Source of the DNA: Candidatus Anammoxibacter sp.
GTDB lineage: Bacteria; Planctomycetota; Brocadiia; Brocadiales; Anammoxibacteraceae
Assembly (NCBI GenBank): GCA_021777105.1
Contig: JAIQZQ010000131.1
Location: 5,079 to 37,078 of the forward strand
Direction: 5' to 3'
Length of the DNA: 32,000 nt
Made by a program: the position numbers and the translations under genes. A model generated the notes under the pieces. That model saw only the letters and a list, made by a program, of their open reading frames with translations. It searched no databases and was not told the origin of the DNA. Positions 29,690 through 32,000 of the stretch are shown one piece after another (the stretch's first letter is position 1; each line of letters begins with the position of its first letter).

Positions 29690-30877
29690 ATGAAATTTTC
29701 AAGAATGGCGCGGGAGGTGCAACCGTCTGCCACGATTAAGATAAGCACAAAAGTTAAAAATATGCGAGCCGAGGGTATAGACATTATTGGGTTTGGAATG
29801 GGCGAGCCAGACTTCACCACCCCTGATAACATTAGGGAAGCCGGGGTTAAAGCCATTTGGGACGGTTTGACAAAGTACACGCCGACTTCAGGAACCATGG
29901 AGCTTAAAGAGGCCATATGCGATAAATTGTTAAAGGATAACGGTTTAAAATACTCGCCGGGGCAGATAATGACTTCGTGCGGGGCAAAGCAGTCTGTTTG
30001 CAACGTGATACTTGCGCTTTGCGACAAAGGAGATGAAGTTATCATACCTTCGCCGTACTGGGTGAGCTATTCTGAACAGACAATTATGGCCGGCGCAAAA
30101 CCCGTGCTTTTGCATGCAACGGACGACGCGGATTTCAGGATAACACTTAAACAGTTTGAAAACGCAATAAACGACAACACTAAACTTATGATTTTAAACA
30201 GCCCATGCAATCCAACCGGATCTGTTTACAGCGAAGCAGAGTTGCGCGAAATAGTGGGTTGCGCGGTGAAAAACAATATATATGTCATTTCCGATGAGAT
30301 TTATGAAAATATCTTATACGATGGAGCAAAACATTGCAGCCCGGCCGGTTTTGGCGACGAGTTTCTGGATAAAGTGATAACTGTAAACGGCTTTTCCAAA
30401 TCGTTTGCAATGACGGGGTGGCGGCTGGGTTACGCTGCCGGCAATAAGGAAATAATATCCGAGGCTATAAAATTGCAGGATCATTTTACTTCAGGCACAA
30501 GCTCTATTACACAGGCAGCCGGAATTGAGGCGTTAAAGGGCAAGCAGGACTTTATAAAGGATATGGTCGCCGAATTTGACAAAAGAAGGCGGTTTTTAAT
30601 TGATAAATTAAACAGTTTGGACGGCGTAAGTTGCGTAATGCCGAAAGGCGCGTTTTACGCGTTTCCAAATATTTCCGGCCTGTTTGGGCGGTCGATTGCC
30701 GGTGAAACGGTTAACGATTCAGACGGCCTGGTGAATCTCCTTATTGAAAAGGCAAGGGTGGCATTTGTGCCGGGCAAATCATTTGGATCAGACGACCATT
30801 TGCGCATCTCATACGCAACCTCAATGGATAATATTAAAGAGGGGATGGCAAGGCTTGAGGCCTTGCTTGCCGGTTAG
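29690..30877 (+). CDS. Class-I pyridoxal-phosphate aminotransferase (aspartate aminotransferase-like)
   Basis: GEPDF, NSPCNPTG and the PLP-lysine motif NGFSKSFAMTGWRLGY. GGAGG lies 7 nt upstream of the ATG. Confidence 0.9.
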   Translation: MKFSRMAREVQPSATIKISTKVKNMRAEGIDIIGFGMGEPDFTTPDNIREAGVKAIWDGLTKYTPTSGTMELKEAICDKLLKDNGLKYSPGQIMTSCGAKQSVCNVILALCDKGDEVIIPSPYWVSYSEQTIMAGAKPVLLHATDDADFRITLKQFENAINDNTKLMILNSPCNPTGSVYSEAELREIVGCAVKNNIYVISDEIYENILYDGAKHCSPAGFGDEFLDKVITVNGFSKSFAMTGWRLGYAAGNKEIISEAIKLQDHFTSGTSSITQAAGIEALKGKQDFIKDMVAEFDKRRRFLIDKLNSLDGVSCVMPKGAFYAFPNISGLFGRSIAGETVNDSDGLVNLLIEKARVAFVPGKSFGSDDHLRISYATSMDNIKEGMARLEALLAG

Positions 30878-30916
30878 CAAAACCTGTTTAATAATTAAAC
30901 AACAACATCATCCCGC

Positions 30917-30941
30917 GCCGCCGGAAACAACGTCCGGCGGC
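30917..30941 (+). terminator. Hairpin downstream of the aminotransferase gene (weak terminator candidate)
   Basis: GCCGCCGGA-AACAACG-TCCGGCGGC has a 9-bp GC-rich stem but no clear T-tract. Confidence 0.3.
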
Positions 30942-31267
30942 ACGCGGATTTCTCAAAAAAGCAGATTTAAACTCTATTTGGCTTTTATCCTGTAGTTCCT
31001 GTAAATCCCGTCTATAATAGCTTTTGCTTGCGTTATTAAAGAATTAAGCATTCCAAAAATCGCATATTTTTTTCTAAACTATATCCCCCTTTAAATCTTA
31101 GTTTAAATTTGGCGCTTATTTTGCATTTCTTCCCTTTGCAGGCATTAATAATATGCTGAAAAATCCCCAAAAAATGCCGATACTTACTATGTATCCAATG
31201 ATTTACTTTATTAATATTAAATGTAAATTTTAATCAATTATTAATAGAGAAAAGGCGGTTTTTTTAT

Positions 31268-31711
31268 ATGAAACTATCACATCACATAGCAGCTTCAACT
31301 GTTTTGGGCGGTGGGATGTACGCCTCATCCGGTTCTCCGGTTTTAGCGATTTCCGCATTTATAAGCGGAGTTCTGATTGACCTTGACCATGTCGTTGATT
31401 ATTTGTTTTTTGCAAATGACAAATTCACGGTCAGAAACTTCTTTACCTGGTATCATAAAAATCTTTGGGACAGATTTGCCGTGGTATTGCATTCATGGGA
31501 GCTGATGTTTCTGCTTACGGTTTTGAGCTGTTTGTTTCAGCATCCTGTTATTATAGGCATTGCCTCGGGCGCGTGTTTGCACATGTTGATGGATCAGATT
31601 GCGAACTCCAGAACCGTGCCGTTACATAGATTTTTCTATTTTTTTGCGTTCAGAATGTCAAAAGGATTTCAACGCAAACTTATTCTGGTTGAATCAGGCG
31701 CGTCAATTTAA
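31268..31711 (+). CDS. Membrane-bound metal-dependent hydrolase-like protein (YdjM/DUF457 type)
   Basis: 147 aa with 4 hydrophobic helices. The N-terminus HHIAAS...GVLIDLDHVVD and the later LHMLMD resemble the His/Asp pattern of the DUF457 family. Confidence 0.55.
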   Translation: MKLSHHIAASTVLGGGMYASSGSPVLAISAFISGVLIDLDHVVDYLFFANDKFTVRNFFTWYHKNLWDRFAVVLHSWELMFLLTVLSCLFQHPVIIGIASGACLHMLMDQIANSRTVPLHRFFYFFAFRMSKGFQRKLILVESGASI

Positions 31712-31782
31712 CGGAGCCTGACTTTGAAATGTTTTTCCTTGAGTATTTAGAAAAGGACGTTTATTGAAAGGGGGGCGGGATT

Positions 31783-32000
31783 ATGAGAGAAAATTATGCT
31801 ATTAAAATGGACATGATGAGCACAGGGCAAAATAGCGCTGATTTGAAGCCTCTTGAGTTGAGCGATATTTACGACCTCGGCATTGAGGCTTGCAACGCAA
31901 AAGACTCCATAAAAGTGCGCGACATAATTAATACGTTGAAGGAGTTGTGCAGCGATCAATATACAGGAGTGGCGGACGGAATAACCAGACTATATGATTT
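31783..32000 (+). CDS. Hypothetical protein, N-terminal 72 codons (open at the right edge)
   Basis: My translation from ATG 31783 (GGGGGG upstream) is MRENYAIKMDMMSTGQNSADLKPLELSDIYDLGIEACNAKDSIKVRDIINTLKELCSDQYTGVADGITRLYD, with no stop before the window end. It looks more protein-like than the antisense ORF 31747..31959. Any resemblance to FliS-type helical chaperones is weak. Confidence 0.4.
   Translation, partial: MRENYAIKMDMMSTGQNSADLKPLELSDIYDLGIEACNAKDSIKVRDIINTLKELCSDQYTGVADGITRLYD

Noticed and set aside
31747-31959. 70-aa minus-strand ORF near the right edge
   Set aside because: The plus-strand frame starting at 31783 has a G-rich ribosome-binding site, stays open to the window end, and has a more protein-like composition. 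The minus ORF is probably its shadow.

Overview
This 32-kb window is a repeat-rich, moderately AT-rich bacterial chromosome segment. It has diderm-type efflux genes and a sigma-54 enhancer-binding protein. The lineage cannot be assigned without a database search.

Gene content, left to right:
- a czcCBA-type heavy-metal RND efflux operon on the minus strand, with the pump gene cut by the left edge
- a PIN toxin and small partner pair
- an Rpn-like PD-(D/E)XK gene, followed by a free-standing duplicate of its own C-terminal module
- a multi-TM GAF-PAS histidine kinase
- a DUF1640-like gene with a consensus promoter
- a methyltransferase-like gene
- a 1.65-kb gene-free repeat field
- a classical PDDEXK_2/Rpn gene bracketed by roughly 290-bp direct repeats
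- a three-gene cluster: radical-SAM, FabF-like ketosynthase, B12-radical-SAM. It lies directly downstream of an XRE regulator, a kinase lacking both phospho-sites, and an NtrC-type response regulator.
- ordinary-looking genes: SGNH hydrolase, PilZ, ComEA, AI-2E transporter, class-I aminotransferase, YdjM-like hydrolase

Almost every intergenic region is a mosaic of recurring short modules: heptamer tandem arrays, several hairpin families, one MITE-like element and a 630-bp satellite.

Best candidates for something new:
1. The Rpn-like gene has a C-terminal module with its own SD and ATG, and that module is tandemly duplicated as a separate ORF. This resembles an intragenic-antitoxin architecture.
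2. The rSAM / ketosynthase / B12-rSAM cluster has a Cys-His-Gln ketosynthase and a CX4CX2C radical-SAM motif.
3. The efflux adaptor carries six tandem Cys/His modules.
4. A PilZ gene is readable only from an ATT start codon.

All functional calls rest on motif recognition by eye. No homology search or folding was run.
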